64,000 nt of DNA from Nitrospirota bacterium (GCA_963845065.1 CAWJQQ010000001.1:128001-192000); one strand, 5' to 3'. Positions 21,688 to 31,768 are shown, counted from the first letter of the stretch. The notes: generated by a model not told the origin, from the sequence alone. Made by a program: numbers and translations.

Positions 21688-21843
21688 TTATGGTATAACT
21701 GTCAAAACGCCCCCATCATCACATCTTAATGCTGCCATCACATCATCTCTAACAGAGTTGTCATATATAGCTATGCAACATGTAGATTCCCCCCATCCGT
21801 AAATCTGCAAGCCATATCGTCCATAAGTGTGCACGCCAGGAGT
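21688..21843 (-). pseudogene. C-terminal fragment resembling a Tlde1/DUF2778 L,D-transpeptidase-fold toxin
   Basis: TPGVHTYGRYGLQIYGWGESTCCIAIYDNSVRDDVM..LTVIP*, similar to TxGRxxFxIHG...SxGCI with the His substituted. Confidence 0.45.
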
Positions 21844-21887
21844 TTATGATACCAAAATACAAGCGGTTCTCACGAAAAAGCGATGCG

Positions 21888-23153
21888 TCAGAAATACCAA
21901 GTAAGCCTTATATAGGCTTGATTCGCGGGTGTGACATAGATTCCCGAATCGGGAGCAGTCTGCAGACCGCCGTACTCGGTACCATGGCTGCCGAGGCCCC
22001 ATTGAAATCCATAGGTTATGTTCGTATTCTGGCTGAGACTGTAGACCGCCTGGCCGATCAGCAGCATACTGCGGTCGTCAAGGTTTGAGATGATCGACGG
22101 GTTCAGGGTGAATAGCGGCGTCCACTGCACATTAATGCCCGCTCCAATGTAATTACTCGAAACAGTGAAGAGCTCCCCGCGAACGAGACGTTCAGTCAGC
22201 GAAGCTGGCAGGCTGGACAGCGTGCGGTCGGTTCCACTGACGCCGAAGCCATTATGGAAGTATTCAATATATCCGTTTATGTTTTTTTCATTCCATATCC
22301 AGGCATATTGCACATTAGTGAGAAAGGAAGTGAGCAGGGAGTTTCCGTCAAGGTGTATAGGGATTGCCTCGGTAGTCCAAGTGGCACCGCCTATCGCCCC
22401 GCTCGCGCCGGCCCCTAACACTTGCGTCTGGTAATTCTGAGCCAGCAATAAGTCTATGCCAATCGTGTGATTTTCCCCGACGAAACCGTGCCACTTGACT
22501 CCGGCGGAGGACTGGTTGTCTGTGAGACTTCCGGTTTTCGGATCACGGTGCGGAACTATTACACCTTGGAGGTCAGCGCCGCTGTTGAACAGCCATTGAC
22601 CGTATAGCATGTCGGTGCCGAGTTTATAAGTCGTGTACGTGGCGTTGGGTGCAAATGGATTGAACAGGTCCATTGGGTGAAATACCAGACCACTACCCCA
22701 CGTAAGCGCTTGACGACCGATTCGCATAACCAGATGGGTACCGCTATAACCCAATGATAGCCGGTCGAGACGATGCTCGGTAAAGGTCTGATCGTGATCG
22801 GTCAGGATATGGTTCAGATGCCACAGTGAGATTTGGTCCGGATCAACGGGGAAAATGGGATTGTTTGTTTGCTCTTTGCGTAGCAACTCCACGCCGCCGC
22901 CGTAGCACGCATCGGCAAGATAGGCGGTATCCAGATTCCAGCCGGACGCAACTGTTCCTGACCACATGAGACGAACCATCAAAGACTGGTCCCAGTGGTT
23001 ACGTTCGCCCAGCGTCGTATCTAGACTGTCACCGGCATTGGTTGCATAACCGGTCTCCATGTCGATTTCGCCTCTGAATCCTGCCTGTACTGACTCATGG
23101 GCCGACAGCACGAGGCATAGCGCAATTAGTAGCACTCGGTTTAGACCGATCAT
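21888..23153 (-). CDS. outer-membrane beta-barrel-like protein of the ABC operon
   Basis: signal peptide, RLDRL, RIGRQALTWGSG..FHPMDLFNPF, terminal YF. Confidence 0.75.
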   Translation of the reverse strand: MIGLNRVLLIALCLVLSAHESVQAGFRGEIDMETGYATNAGDSLDTTLGERNHWDQSLMVRLMWSGTVASGWNLDTAYLADACYGGGVELLRKEQTNNPIFPVDPDQISLWHLNHILTDHDQTFTEHRLDRLSLGYSGTHLVMRIGRQALTWGSGLVFHPMDLFNPFAPNATYTTYKLGTDMLYGQWLFNSGADLQGVIVPHRDPKTGSLTDNQSSAGVKWHGFVGENHTIGIDLLLAQNYQTQVLGAGASGAIGGATWTTEAIPIHLDGNSLLTSFLTNVQYAWIWNEKNINGYIEYFHNGFGVSGTDRTLSSLPASLTERLVRGELFTVSSNYIGAGINVQWTPLFTLNPSIISNLDDRSMLLIGQAVYSLSQNTNITYGFQWGLGSHGTEYGGLQTAPDSGIYVTPANQAYIRLTWYF

Positions 23154-23839
23154 GAGACCCGTTCATCCGTCTCAATCCTGCCATCGCGCAGGCGCACCTG
23201 TCTATGCGTATGACCGATGACGCGCGGATCGTGGCTCGCGACACAGAACGTCATGCCGCGAGTTTCGTTCAGTTTGCTCATAAGAACAAGGAGCTCGTCC
23301 GTGGTGCTGGAATCGAGATTGGCGCTCGGTTCATCCGCGAGGATGATGGCAGGCGTGGAAGCCATGGCACGGGCGATGGCAACGCGCTGCTGCTGGCCTC
23401 CCGAGAGCTCGCCCGGCCTGCGGTTGCCGAGCCCATCCAGCCCGACCTCGGCCAGCATTTCGCGCGCCCGTTCTCGACGCTGCTGCGAACCTACGCCCTG
23501 CAGCTGCAGGATAAATTCCACGTTTTCATAGGCGCTCAGGACCGGGATCAGGTTATAGGCCTGGAACACAAACCCGATCTTCTTCAGCCGCAGATCAGCC
23601 AGCGTCCCCTTGTCCAGTTCATTGAGCTTCTGTCCATCCACCGTGACTTCACCGCTCGTGGGCCGGTCGAGCCCGCCGATATGATTGAGTAGCGTGGTTT
23701 TGCCCGAGCCGGATGGACCCGAGAGGCTCAGAAACTCGCCTTTCCGTATTTCCAGATCCACGTCGCGCAGGGCATGGACTTCCGTGGTGCCTTCGCCGTA
23801 GACCTTGCTCAGTTTGCTGCAAATCACGATCGGTTCCAT
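23150..23839 (-). CDS. ABC transporter ATP-binding protein (LolD/MacB type)
   Basis: GPSGSGKTT, LSGGQQQRV, ILADEP; AGGAG RBS before ATG 23839. Confidence 0.95.
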   Translation of the reverse strand: MEPIVICSKLSKVYGEGTTEVHALRDVDLEIRKGEFLSLSGPSGSGKTTLLNHIGGLDRPTSGEVTVDGQKLNELDKGTLADLRLKKIGFVFQAYNLIPVLSAYENVEFILQLQGVGSQQRRERAREMLAEVGLDGLGNRRPGELSGGQQQRVAIARAMASTPAIILADEPSANLDSSTTDELLVLMSKLNETRGMTFCVASHDPRVIGHTHRQVRLRDGRIETDERVS

Positions 23840-23891
23840 AATGAACTCCTGTTCACAACGGATCGAAAACGTTGCAACTGTCTTAACCTTG

Positions 23892-23978
23892 AACCACCAG
23901 GCGCGAAGGACGCGAAAGAATAATTTAAGATTTGAATTCGTTTTACGGTTTCCTTTGTGCTCTTTGCGCCGCTGTAAA
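23892..23978. repeat. imperfect inverted repeat (REP/MITE-like) within the operon
   Basis: GGCGCGAAGGACGCGAAAG ... CTTTGTGCTCTTTGCGCC arms. Confidence 0.55.
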
Positions 23979-24006
23979 TGTTTTGGTTTTTTGTTCTGAA
24001 ACAACA

Positions 24007-25236
24007 TCACGTAGTGCTCCTACTGATAGCCTCCACGGGAACCTGCCGCACGATATGCCATGTGGGCAGGAGACCCGCAAGAATCCCCAGCACCCAAACC
24101 AGAAGCCCGATATCCACGTACTGCGATGCCGTGAGCCGCGGATAGAGCACTTTGCCCGCACCGAACCATTGGGCTCCCCGGGCAAGGAACCCCAAGTCAA
24201 GGCCGTTATGAAAGGACTGTATCGTTGCGAAAGCCAGGCCCGCGCCTGCTGCAATGCCCAGCACGACAAGGAGCGCAGCTTCCAGCGTTACCTGGCCGAA
24301 GATGAGCCCGGGCCGCAGCCCCAGGGCCTGCAACAGCGCCAGCTCCCGCACCCGTTCATGGAGGGACATCATGAGCGTGTTGACGATACCGAAAGCCATC
24401 AGCACGAACATGATCACGATCCAGACCTGGATGAAGCCATCCATCATCTGGGTGATCGCCTTGGTCAAGGGCCGAAGGGTTTCCCAGGACTGGATATCGA
24501 GATCCGGAGCTGTTTGCCGGAGTCGTGCAATGAACGCCGGCAGGCCAGCCCGGTCACGGACATCGAATGCAATCTCCGAGATATCGTGACCCATGCGGAG
24601 CATGTCCTGCGCCTGCGTAATACCGATGAATATGTAGCGATCCTCCGCCTCGGGCGCGGCGGAAAACAATCCCACAACGCGAAAGCCGCGCTCGGCTAGG
24701 GCTCCTGAACTGTCCTGGCTCATGAGCACTACCCGTTTGTTAATCGCGGTGTGCAGCCGCTTCGCCAGTTTGCGCCCCAGTAGGATGCTCAGATCGTTCC
24801 TGCCCTCAAGTGCCTGGCCTTCGGTCACTGCTGATGCAATAAACGAAAGCTCTTGCTCCTGTTTTTGATCGATCCCGATCATGGTCACAGGCCAGGTCTC
24901 ATACTCGCTCTGGATCGCAGCCGGCACCCGCACGCGGGGCGCCCATTGTGTGATCCCGGGGTTCTTCAGTAGCGCTAGGAGCGGTCCTGCCGGAGAAGAC
25001 AAACTATGGCCCACGCCGGGATCATCAAGATATCCCCGGCCATGGATCTGCCCCTGGCCGGTCATGTCCTTGAGCGCTGCACCGAGGCTGCTCGCGTTCC
25101 ACGCCTGGAGCAGCGCTGTGCACATCAGCATGGACCACACGCCCACGCCCACAGCAATCAGCACCAGCCCTGTACGTCTCGGATTGCGCCAGAGATTTCT
25201 CCAGGCGAGCGAAAAGAGCAGTCCGGATCTTTCCAT
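24007..25236 (-). CDS. ABC transporter permease (LolC/E, FtsX-like)
   Basis: LAWRNLWRNPRRT, NTLMMSLHERVRELALLQALG; start overlaps the upstream stop. Confidence 0.92.
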   Translation of the reverse strand: MERSGLLFSLAWRNLWRNPRRTGLVLIAVGVGVWSMLMCTALLQAWNASSLGAALKDMTGQGQIHGRGYLDDPGVGHSLSSPAGPLLALLKNPGITQWAPRVRVPAAIQSEYETWPVTMIGIDQKQEQELSFIASAVTEGQALEGRNDLSILLGRKLAKRLHTAINKRVVLMSQDSSGALAERGFRVVGLFSAAPEAEDRYIFIGITQAQDMLRMGHDISEIAFDVRDRAGLPAFIARLRQTAPDLDIQSWETLRPLTKAITQMMDGFIQVWIVIMFVLMAFGIVNTLMMSLHERVRELALLQALGLRPGLIFGQVTLEAALLVVLGIAAGAGLAFATIQSFHNGLDLGFLARGAQWFGAGKVLYPRLTASQYVDIGLLVWVLGILAGLLPTWHIVRQVPVEAISRSTT

Positions 25237-26456
25237 CACGTGGCCCTCATTGCTGCAACCGGTTCGAGCCTGCGCAGCCGGATAAAGGGGATGATGCCTA
25301 CTGCCGCGGTGAACACCGCTATGGCCGCGGGTGCGGCAAGGAGGCTGAAGACCGTGAGTTTCGGATAGAGCCTGCCGGGCACTCCCCACTGGGCAAATGC
25401 ACCCTCAGCACCGGGAAGGGCGATCCCGTGAACCCCAAACCATCCTGCTGCGGATGCACCAACTGCGATGCCTGATGCAAGTCCCAGAAACAGGAGCATC
25501 AGGATCTCGATCCAGACCATACGGCCTACAGTTGACGGCCGCATGCCCAGGGCCAGCAAAATCCCGAATTCATGCGTCCGTTCAAGGATCGACATCAGGA
25601 TGGTGTTGAGCAGGATCGCAATCACTACGACGATCAGGACAACGTACCAGAGCATGGATGTGCTCGCATCGAGCCGGATCGCGTCCTTAAGGCCGGGTTC
25701 GAGTTCGCCCCAGCTCAAGACGCGAAGGTTTTTCCCTTGGGTAAGCCGCAGGATCGCCGGAAGGCTGCGGTCAACTGAATCAAGAGAAGATCCAGAGATG
25801 ACCAGGTTGTGGACTTCTCCGGGCATGGCGAAATCTGCCTGAAACCGGCTGAGAGGTATCTCCACCAATTCACGATCGAGATCCTGCACCCCGCTCGAGA
25901 AGATCCCCGCGACAATCAATACGTCGGCTGCCACTGACCCGTCCCGCCCCATGCCGAGCAGCGTCACGCTGTCGCCGGGACGGACATCAAGATTTCGTGC
26001 AAGCGCCTCGCCGAGCACTGCTTCGGCAGCGTTGTCCCGCAGATAGCGGCCGCTTTTAAGCGAGGTGATGATACGCGAAACGCGCTGTTCGACATCCGGC
26101 TGTACACCCACGATCATCGCTGCCATACTGCGCTGCGTATTGGTCCTGGTCAGCAAAGCATAGGTCTGTGCCCGGGCCGCCACAGTGGTGATGCCGGGGA
26201 CCTTGCTGATCTCCTGTACGAGCGTTTCAGGGAAGACAAAAGATTTGTCGATACCGGAGTCATCCAGGTATCCCGGTTCCTGGATCTGAGCATACCCGTC
26301 GAACAGGCTCAGGCTGTTGTCCTCCATGCCTGCATAGGTGCCCACCTGCAAGGCGAGCAGGAAGACCATGATCATGCAGGCAAATGCAATGGCCGACACG
26401 GTTAGGAGTGTTCGCCGCGGCTGCCTCCAGATATTGCGCCAGGCAAGCGCGATCAT
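25236..26456 (-). CDS. ABC transporter permease (LolC/E, FtsX-like)
   Basis: LAWRNIWRQPRRT, NTILMSILERTHEFGILLALG. Confidence 0.93.
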   Translation of the reverse strand: MIALAWRNIWRQPRRTLLTVSAIAFACMIMVFLLALQVGTYAGMEDNSLSLFDGYAQIQEPGYLDDSGIDKSFVFPETLVQEISKVPGITTVAARAQTYALLTRTNTQRSMAAMIVGVQPDVEQRVSRIITSLKSGRYLRDNAAEAVLGEALARNLDVRPGDSVTLLGMGRDGSVAADVLIVAGIFSSGVQDLDRELVEIPLSRFQADFAMPGEVHNLVISGSSLDSVDRSLPAILRLTQGKNLRVLSWGELEPGLKDAIRLDASTSMLWYVVLIVVVIAILLNTILMSILERTHEFGILLALGMRPSTVGRMVWIEILMLLFLGLASGIAVGASAAGWFGVHGIALPGAEGAFAQWGVPGRLYPKLTVFSLLAAPAAIAVFTAAVGIIPFIRLRRLEPVAAMRAT

Positions 26457-27232
26457 GGCGCGCTCCAGTGCCGGGGATTCCGCAGGTTGGAAAGCGTGAA
26501 AAGATAGTCCGGCAAAGCGATATTGAAAGTACCTTTAGTATAACGCATCTCCGTCCACTGGCCCGGTTTGTCCAGCGTACTCATGCGCATCACCACGGGA
26601 TAGGGCCTGCCTCCCAGGGGAGCGATCTTCGTTGTTTCGAGCCTGCGCATCGGCTTCATGTCCTGATCAAAGAACGTTTCCTCGATCAGAACATCATCAT
26701 CACGGATTTTCAGTTCCTGTTTGCCCCACACAATCGGAGCGCCCGGCTTGGGCAGACAGACCACGGTGTAGATCGTGTTGCCCCCGCTTTTTTCGGCTGG
26801 GCCGAGGCTGTGCGAATAGTCGGTCACCACCTGGTCGGACTTCGCGAAATCATTGTAGGAAAAATCCGAACCCATCCAGTTTTGCGCCATCATGGAGAAA
26901 GGGATCTGGATTATCTGGCTCAGTTTCGGGTTAAAGAGCCAGAGCGACTGGCCGAACTTGAGGGTCGCGTTCCCCGCGTCCCCTGCCGGCTTTGTAAAGC
27001 GCACCAGGGAGTCCGCGTCGCCCCGGGTCCAGGTTTCCATAACCATGCTGCGGTGCCACGCGGTCCGGTGAATGGTCATTTCCACTTCCGTATAGGAGCT
27101 GTCCCCGCGCCAGTGATGGAGCGCGGCCTTGACCAGCGCGGTCGGATCGGGCGCAGCGAATGCGATATCTCGGGTGGCGAGCAAAGCCAAGCTTGCAACG
27201 ATTATAAACAGCAGCTTAGCCCTGGAAATCAA
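26453..27232 (-). CDS. outer membrane lipoprotein-sorting (LolA-like) protein
   Basis: signal peptide, PAGDAGNATLK, WMGSDFSYND, FTLSNLRNP. Confidence 0.88.
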   Translation of the reverse strand: MISRAKLLFIIVASLALLATRDIAFAAPDPTALVKAALHHWRGDSSYTEVEMTIHRTAWHRSMVMETWTRGDADSLVRFTKPAGDAGNATLKFGQSLWLFNPKLSQIIQIPFSMMAQNWMGSDFSYNDFAKSDQVVTDYSHSLGPAEKSGGNTIYTVVCLPKPGAPIVWGKQELKIRDDDVLIEETFFDQDMKPMRRLETTKIAPLGGRPYPVVMRMSTLDKPGQWTEMRYTKGTFNIALPDYLFTLSNLRNPRHWSAP

Positions 27233-27939
27233 GGGTTACCTCCTTCCGCTGGATTTACGTCCGCGTTGAACGCCTTGTTGGGCGTGTTTTTGAGACTTGC
27301 AATAAGCACATCTGATGGTACCCCAAATTGCGTAACCACGTTTTGATAATCTATCGACCAACTTTGGTGATCAAAAAAAGAATCGAGCTGAATTGGTCGA
27401 CAGCCTCCTACCAGGGGCGCGTGCAAACCAAATGCGGCCGACCATAGTGTAGAAACAATCCGCGATGCGAACGTCACACCGTTTGTCAGACTCACTAAGC
27501 AAAGTTTGCCACTCGGTATGAGTATCCGGTGCGCTTCGGATATTGCCTCGAGGATGTCTACGTCCGACAGAAGGTCAAGCACATAAGTCGAGACGACCCG
27601 ATCGACTGAGCGACTGAAAAGAGGAAAGCGCATGGAACCGTCTGAACGAGCTACTTTAGCACGCTCTCCGTAAAATGCAATTCGTTGCGCTGCTATATCT
27701 ATCATTGTCTGACTTAGGTCGATGCCAAAATACGCAGCGAGGGGAGGCAGATGCTTTGACAGTAGGCTGTGCGCGAAGCGGCCTGTACCGCACCCAAGCT
27801 CGAAAACTTTATTTGCCTTCTCAAATGCCGCATGGGCGATCAAGTCATCTAAGGCCGCATCTTCATAAAAAGCCTGTGCATCCTGTCTTCTTCCGAAGCG
27901 GTCGTAAAAGGTTTGCGCTTGCGATCGTGTCAAGACCAT
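27229..27939 (-). CDS. class I SAM-dependent methyltransferase (former integron cassette)
   Basis: VFELGCGTG motif I; bounded by GTTGGGC upstream and GCCCAAC near the 3' end. Confidence 0.9.
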   Translation of the reverse strand: MVLTRSQAQTFYDRFGRRQDAQAFYEDAALDDLIAHAAFEKANKVFELGCGTGRFAHSLLSKHLPPLAAYFGIDLSQTMIDIAAQRIAFYGERAKVARSDGSMRFPLFSRSVDRVVSTYVLDLLSDVDILEAISEAHRILIPSGKLCLVSLTNGVTFASRIVSTLWSAAFGLHAPLVGGCRPIQLDSFFDHQSWSIDYQNVVTQFGVPSDVLIASLKNTPNKAFNADVNPAEGGNP

Positions 27940-28164
27940 TTCTTATGCACTCCTTGCAATTTATGAGGCCCAACCCTTTATTGAGCAGTCCCTGTACTCA
28001 GCACCCCCCTCAAATATTGCGCAATCTCGTTCCGCAATGAGTATATCGAGCACCTATGTCATCTCTTTTTAGTATAAGAAAAGATGCGGTGAAAGGGAAG
28101 AACAAAAATGGTGTATTTTCGGGGCAGACAGTTATCGAATACAGAGTGATAACTACACTGTTGC

Positions 28165-28250
28165 TGAAAATGGAAACTCCACGACTACAGGATGAACTGT
28201 TTGACTGAAACTGACAACTGAAAATGCAGAATACGAATAGAATTTGCTAG
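28165..28250 (+). repeat. dispersed intergenic element, left half only
   Basis: AAATGGAAACTCC-ACGA-CTACAGGATGAA, TGCAGAATAC at the 40-nt offset. Confidence 0.7.
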
Positions 28251-28372
28251 ACCTTAAGAGGCGGCATTTCAAAAAATCGCGTTCTCGCTACCGTAGCAGG
28301 GCGAAATTTATTGGCCTTCATTGCCAGATAGTAACTGTCTCGTCTTATTGAAAGATACAATTATTTCCTTTA

Positions 28373-28810
28373 TCATCCGATATAAACCGATTTCAGACCA
28401 TCACCCTGGGCTGCATCATGCTGCTTTTTGTCCGCTGTGATGAACGTGGTCATAATACCTGTGCCATCCTGAAATAATCTGGCCGAAGCAATATGGACAG
28501 CGTCGATTGCTCTCGCCGTGGAGCGTAGCGTTATCTCTCCGGCCAGGTTAAGCACATCCTCGGTCACGCGGATCATTTCAACAGCGGCAAAATTGTCTTT
28601 CAGGCGCTTAAGAATTTTATCGAAAGCCACCCCCTCGATATCGCCTGCCTGACGTCTGCGCGCCAAGGCAGAAAAGCTTTCCACCATCAGCATAGATGAA
28701 GAGAGAATATGGTTCTCTTTCGATATTTTCCGCACTCGCACCGAACCTTTTTCTTTGATGGAAAGCTTCAAAAAAGCACTGGTGTCGAAATACACCCACG
28801 GTTTATCCAT
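28373..28810 (-). CDS. vapC: PIN-domain VapC toxin
   Basis: YFDTSAFLK, RAIDAVHIASA, FITADKKQ. Confidence 0.9.
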   Translation of the reverse strand: MDKPWVYFDTSAFLKLSIKEKGSVRVRKISKENHILSSSMLMVESFSALARRRQAGDIEGVAFDKILKRLKDNFAAVEMIRVTEDVLNLAGEITLRSTARAIDAVHIASARLFQDGTGIMTTFITADKKQHDAAQGDGLKSVYIG

Positions 28811-28812
28811 TT

Positions 28813-29106
28813 TTAAACCCTATCTTCTCGATCATCAGACAGAGTTTCGACGATGGAACGCCCTTTAATGGCAAGCGGCGCACCAGAAGGAAATGTATCC
28901 TTGACCGCACGCTTCAGCAACCCTTGTTCCTCCAGCAACTTGATGCGCTTCTCCGGGGAGACCTCGCGCCCCAGGGGTTTGATCACGGCAATGGGAGCGC
29001 CACGCTCGGTTACGACGATCTCCTGCCCCTGCCGCACCATCTTGACATATTTTGAAAAGTGCATATTGGCTTCACGCAAACCGACCTTAATCATTGCTGC
29101 CTCCAT
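28813..29106 (-). CDS. Phd/YefM-family antitoxin
   Basis: VGLREAN.HFSKYV..V..GQEIVVTERG.PIA.I.P; directly upstream of the PIN toxin. Confidence 0.9.
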   Translation of the reverse strand: MEAAMIKVGLREANMHFSKYVKMVRQGQEIVVTERGAPIAVIKPLGREVSPEKRIKLLEEQGLLKRAVKDTFPSGAPLAIKGRSIVETLSDDREDRV

Positions 29107-29276
29107 GTAGTATTGTTACTACATTGTAGTGAGGCCGGTCTATCCTGTCAAGACGAAAGATTGGGACACACCCTTGCTTCTAGCCATATTGCCCTGTTTG
29201 CGTCCTGAAAAAACGCATTAGTATAGGCTATAGGCCCCGACTTGGTTAAAAGGGGATAGGGGATATCTAACCCTCT

Positions 29277-29326
29277 TCGGGTCATAAACCCGAAGGTCGT
29301 CGGTTCAAATCCGGCCCCCGCTACCA
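29277..29326 (+). pseudogene. 3' half of initiator-type tRNA-Met, att-site copy 1
   Basis: TCGGGTCATAAACCCGAAGGTCGTCGGTTCAAATCCGGCCCCCGCTACCA; no D-arm or 5' acceptor strand. Confidence 0.8.
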
Positions 29327-29656
29327 AATAATTCATGGGGCTACAGCCTTTGCTGTAACCCCAATTTTTTCCATCAGGACGGCATCAGGACCGTTACAGA
29401 TAGTTCGACCACCCAATCCCCTCTTTACAGCATACCAGGCATGAAAAGTCTGGATGAGTTCTCGCAAATGCACGAACTCCCCTGCGAGTAATCAAGTTAT
29501 AATAGTGTTATCAGCATTGCAGCAGCAAAAGATCATAAAGTCTATAGGCTTGCAGCTCAATTTATTGATAGAGCCTGTGCGCATATCATTCAATATAGTT
29601 GACATCTGATAAGAAGGAGAGCTATCTTATAGACATCTCATAGAAATGAGGGCGCC

Positions 29657-29929
29657 TTGGTATTCGAAGACTTTGAATGGGATGCAGCCAATATCGAACA
29701 TATAACTGAACACCGCGTCACACCAGATGAAGTAGAAGAAGCGTGCGTGGGCGATTCATACACGCGCAAGACCGGTGAAGGGCGCTATCTTGTTTACGGA
29801 ACCACTGACAACGGCAGATATCATTTCATTGTTGGTATTAATAAGGGACGCGGTGTTTACAGGACCATTACGGCACGAGACATGACCGATCGGGAAAAAG
29901 CATTACATAAGAGGAGATGTGCAGTATGA
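29657..29929 (+). CDS. BrnT-family toxin
   Basis: FEWD..NIEHI..H.VT..EVEE, GRYLVYG, RTITARDM. Confidence 0.88.
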   Translation: MVFEDFEWDAANIEHITEHRVTPDEVEEACVGDSYTRKTGEGRYLVYGTTDNGRYHFIVGINKGRGVYRTITARDMTDREKALHKRRCAV

Positions 29930-30186
29930 GTAAAATGGAAAAAATACCAAAATTTAAATCAGAAAAAAAAGAGACCGATTTTTGGTCAACACACGATAGT
30001 ACCAAGTACGAAACGGAAGAAGCGAAAGTCAAGTTTGCACGTCCTAAGAAAAAGCTGGTATCGCTCAGGCTGGACGATAAAACGATTTATCAACTAAAAA
30101 AAATCGCGGAGAGCAAAGGCATAGGATATCTCCAACTGGTTCGCATGTGGGTGCTTGAAAATCTTAGCAAGACAAAAGCCGCATAA
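29926..30186 (+). CDS. BrnA/CopG-family antitoxin
   Basis: IPKFKSE..E.DFW.THD, VSLRLD, GIGYLQLVRMW; overlaps the brnT stop. Confidence 0.88.
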   Translation: MSKMEKIPKFKSEKKETDFWSTHDSTKYETEEAKVKFARPKKKLVSLRLDDKTIYQLKKIAESKGIGYLQLVRMWVLENLSKTKAA

Positions 30187-30430
30187 TTTTATCGGCCATG
30201 TATTTAAAATTCCATCCGAACAATTGAGCCATACCCAATCTTTGCGAATGCAACGAAGCTGGGCTGGTGAAAAGAGTGTAAAAAGAATTTGCAGCCTGGA
30301 AAAAAATATTTCTTGTATCACAATAAAGTTGCAAATCTCAATCGCTGTATAGTTGATATCATGTCAAGTACTCAAGCGACCTTTACTCTCGTCATACCTC
30401 AAGATCTCTATCGGGAATCAAGATTTATCA

Positions 30431-31036
30431 ATGAAGAAGAAATTTGAGAAAGTATATCAATTTAAAATCACTCTGAAAGGAATCAAGCCTTCGGTATGGC
30501 GCAGGATTCAGGTCCCGGAAACGTATACATTTTGAGATTTGCATGTTGCCGTGCAGGATGCCATGGGCTGGCAAGATTATCATTTGCATGATTTTATCAT
30601 CCGCAACCCAGTTACGCATGCAAAGGAACGAATAGGCATTCCAGATGATGATTTTGATCTGGTTATCCTGCCGGGATGGGAGTGCGATATCGCTGATTAT
30701 TTTTCGATGAAGGACAACACTGCTGCATATATCTATGACTACGGCGATAATTGGGAACATGCGGTAAAACTTGAGAAGATACTACCAAGAGACAAAGCAA
30801 CAAAATATCCTCGTTGCCATGACGGCAAGAGGGCATGTCCGCCGGAGGACTGCGGAGGGGTACATGGATATGAAGAATTCCTGGAGGCAATCATGGACCC
30901 CGTACATAAACAGCACGAAGACATGCTGCGATGGGCGGGTAATGATTTCGAACCCGAACGGTTTGCCCCGGATGAAGTTATCTTTGAGGATCCTCGGAAG
31001 CGGTGGAAACAAGCCTTTGGAATGAGCGCTCGTTGA
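30431..31036 (+). pseudogene. plasmid pRiA4b ORF-3 family protein with in-frame TGA
   Basis: YQFKITL.GIKP.VWRRIQVP.TYTF*DLH..QDAMGW..YHLH, YDYGDNWEH, RACPPEDCGG; TGA at 30533. Confidence 0.85.
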
Positions 31037-31265
31037 ATATATAGAATTTGGTTTTTAAGTATACTTTGGACTCAGGATGGAAATGAGAGGTTATCAACTG
31101 AACTAAATGCGATTATTCCTTCCTCTTCTAAGAAAGTTTGCATATATGAGCTGAAAAGAAGAGGAAGGCACAGAAGACGAAGAGATTGAAGGAATATAAA
31201 GCATGAATCTCCGGGCGCAAAAATGATTTTTAAGACCGGATGGTAGGAGAGGGTTTATCGCTATC

Positions 31266-31685
31266 ATGAAAAAGCAAGTGGAGTATCTTCAGAGGTTGTT
31301 TTACGATATTTGGAATGATTTTGGAAGCGTCTATCTCCTCGTGAAATATTCAAGCAGAACAAATATCGGCAAACGTGGTTTCACTGAAGAGGAAAAGAAA
31401 CAGGGACTGATTCTCGTCTTTAATAATAAAACCAGTAATACGCTGGACTGGGACGCTGAGGGGAATCTCACCTGCGTCCTCGCCTTTGGAACGCATAAAG
31501 AAGATGTTTATGTTCATCACGATGATCTGCAGGGCGTATTCTCACCGGATGCAGGCGTGCAGTTTCTCAGGACCGATGTGAGCAAGGAAACTGAGGCGTC
31601 GCCCGGGAAGGATGACGGGCATGATGACAAGCAGGTCGTCTCGATTAGCAAGTTTAAAAAACGCAAATCACATGAGCAGGCTTGA
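31266..31685 (+). CDS. hypothetical protein, possible SspB-like fold
   Basis: 139-aa ORF with acidic linker and C-terminal VVSISKFKK tail; fold assignment is inference. Confidence 0.6.
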   Translation: MKKQVEYLQRLFYDIWNDFGSVYLLVKYSSRTNIGKRGFTEEEKKQGLILVFNNKTSNTLDWDAEGNLTCVLAFGTHKEDVYVHHDDLQGVFSPDAGVQFLRTDVSKETEASPGKDDGHDDKQVVSISKFKKRKSHEQA

Positions 31686-31718
31686 AGTAACTTATTGACA
31701 GCTTTGTATAAAGGGCAT

Positions 31719-31768
31719 TCGGGTCCATACCCCAACGGTCGTCGGTTCTGATCCAGTCCCCGCTATCA
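31719..31768 (+). pseudogene. more degenerate 3' half of tRNA-Met, att-site copy 2
   Basis: TCGGGTCCATACCCCAACGGTCGTCGGTTCTGATCCAGTCCCCGCTATCA; the following ~75 bp also align to 29327-29405. Confidence 0.7.

Noticed and set aside
23932..27346. Long antisense ORFs (23932-24699, 26384-27346) opposite the ABC operon
   Set aside because: Shadow ORFs of GC-rich coding sequence with no motifs or RBS.
29277..29326. Functional tRNA-Met gene
   Set aside because: D-arm and 5' acceptor strand are absent; only an att-type 3' half remains.
30533..30535. In-frame TGA in the pRiA4b ORF-3 gene as selenocysteine or UGA=Trp recoding
   Set aside because: The context (TYTF*DLH) fits Trp, not Cys; many genes here end in TGA, so this is a TGG>TGA nonsense mutation.
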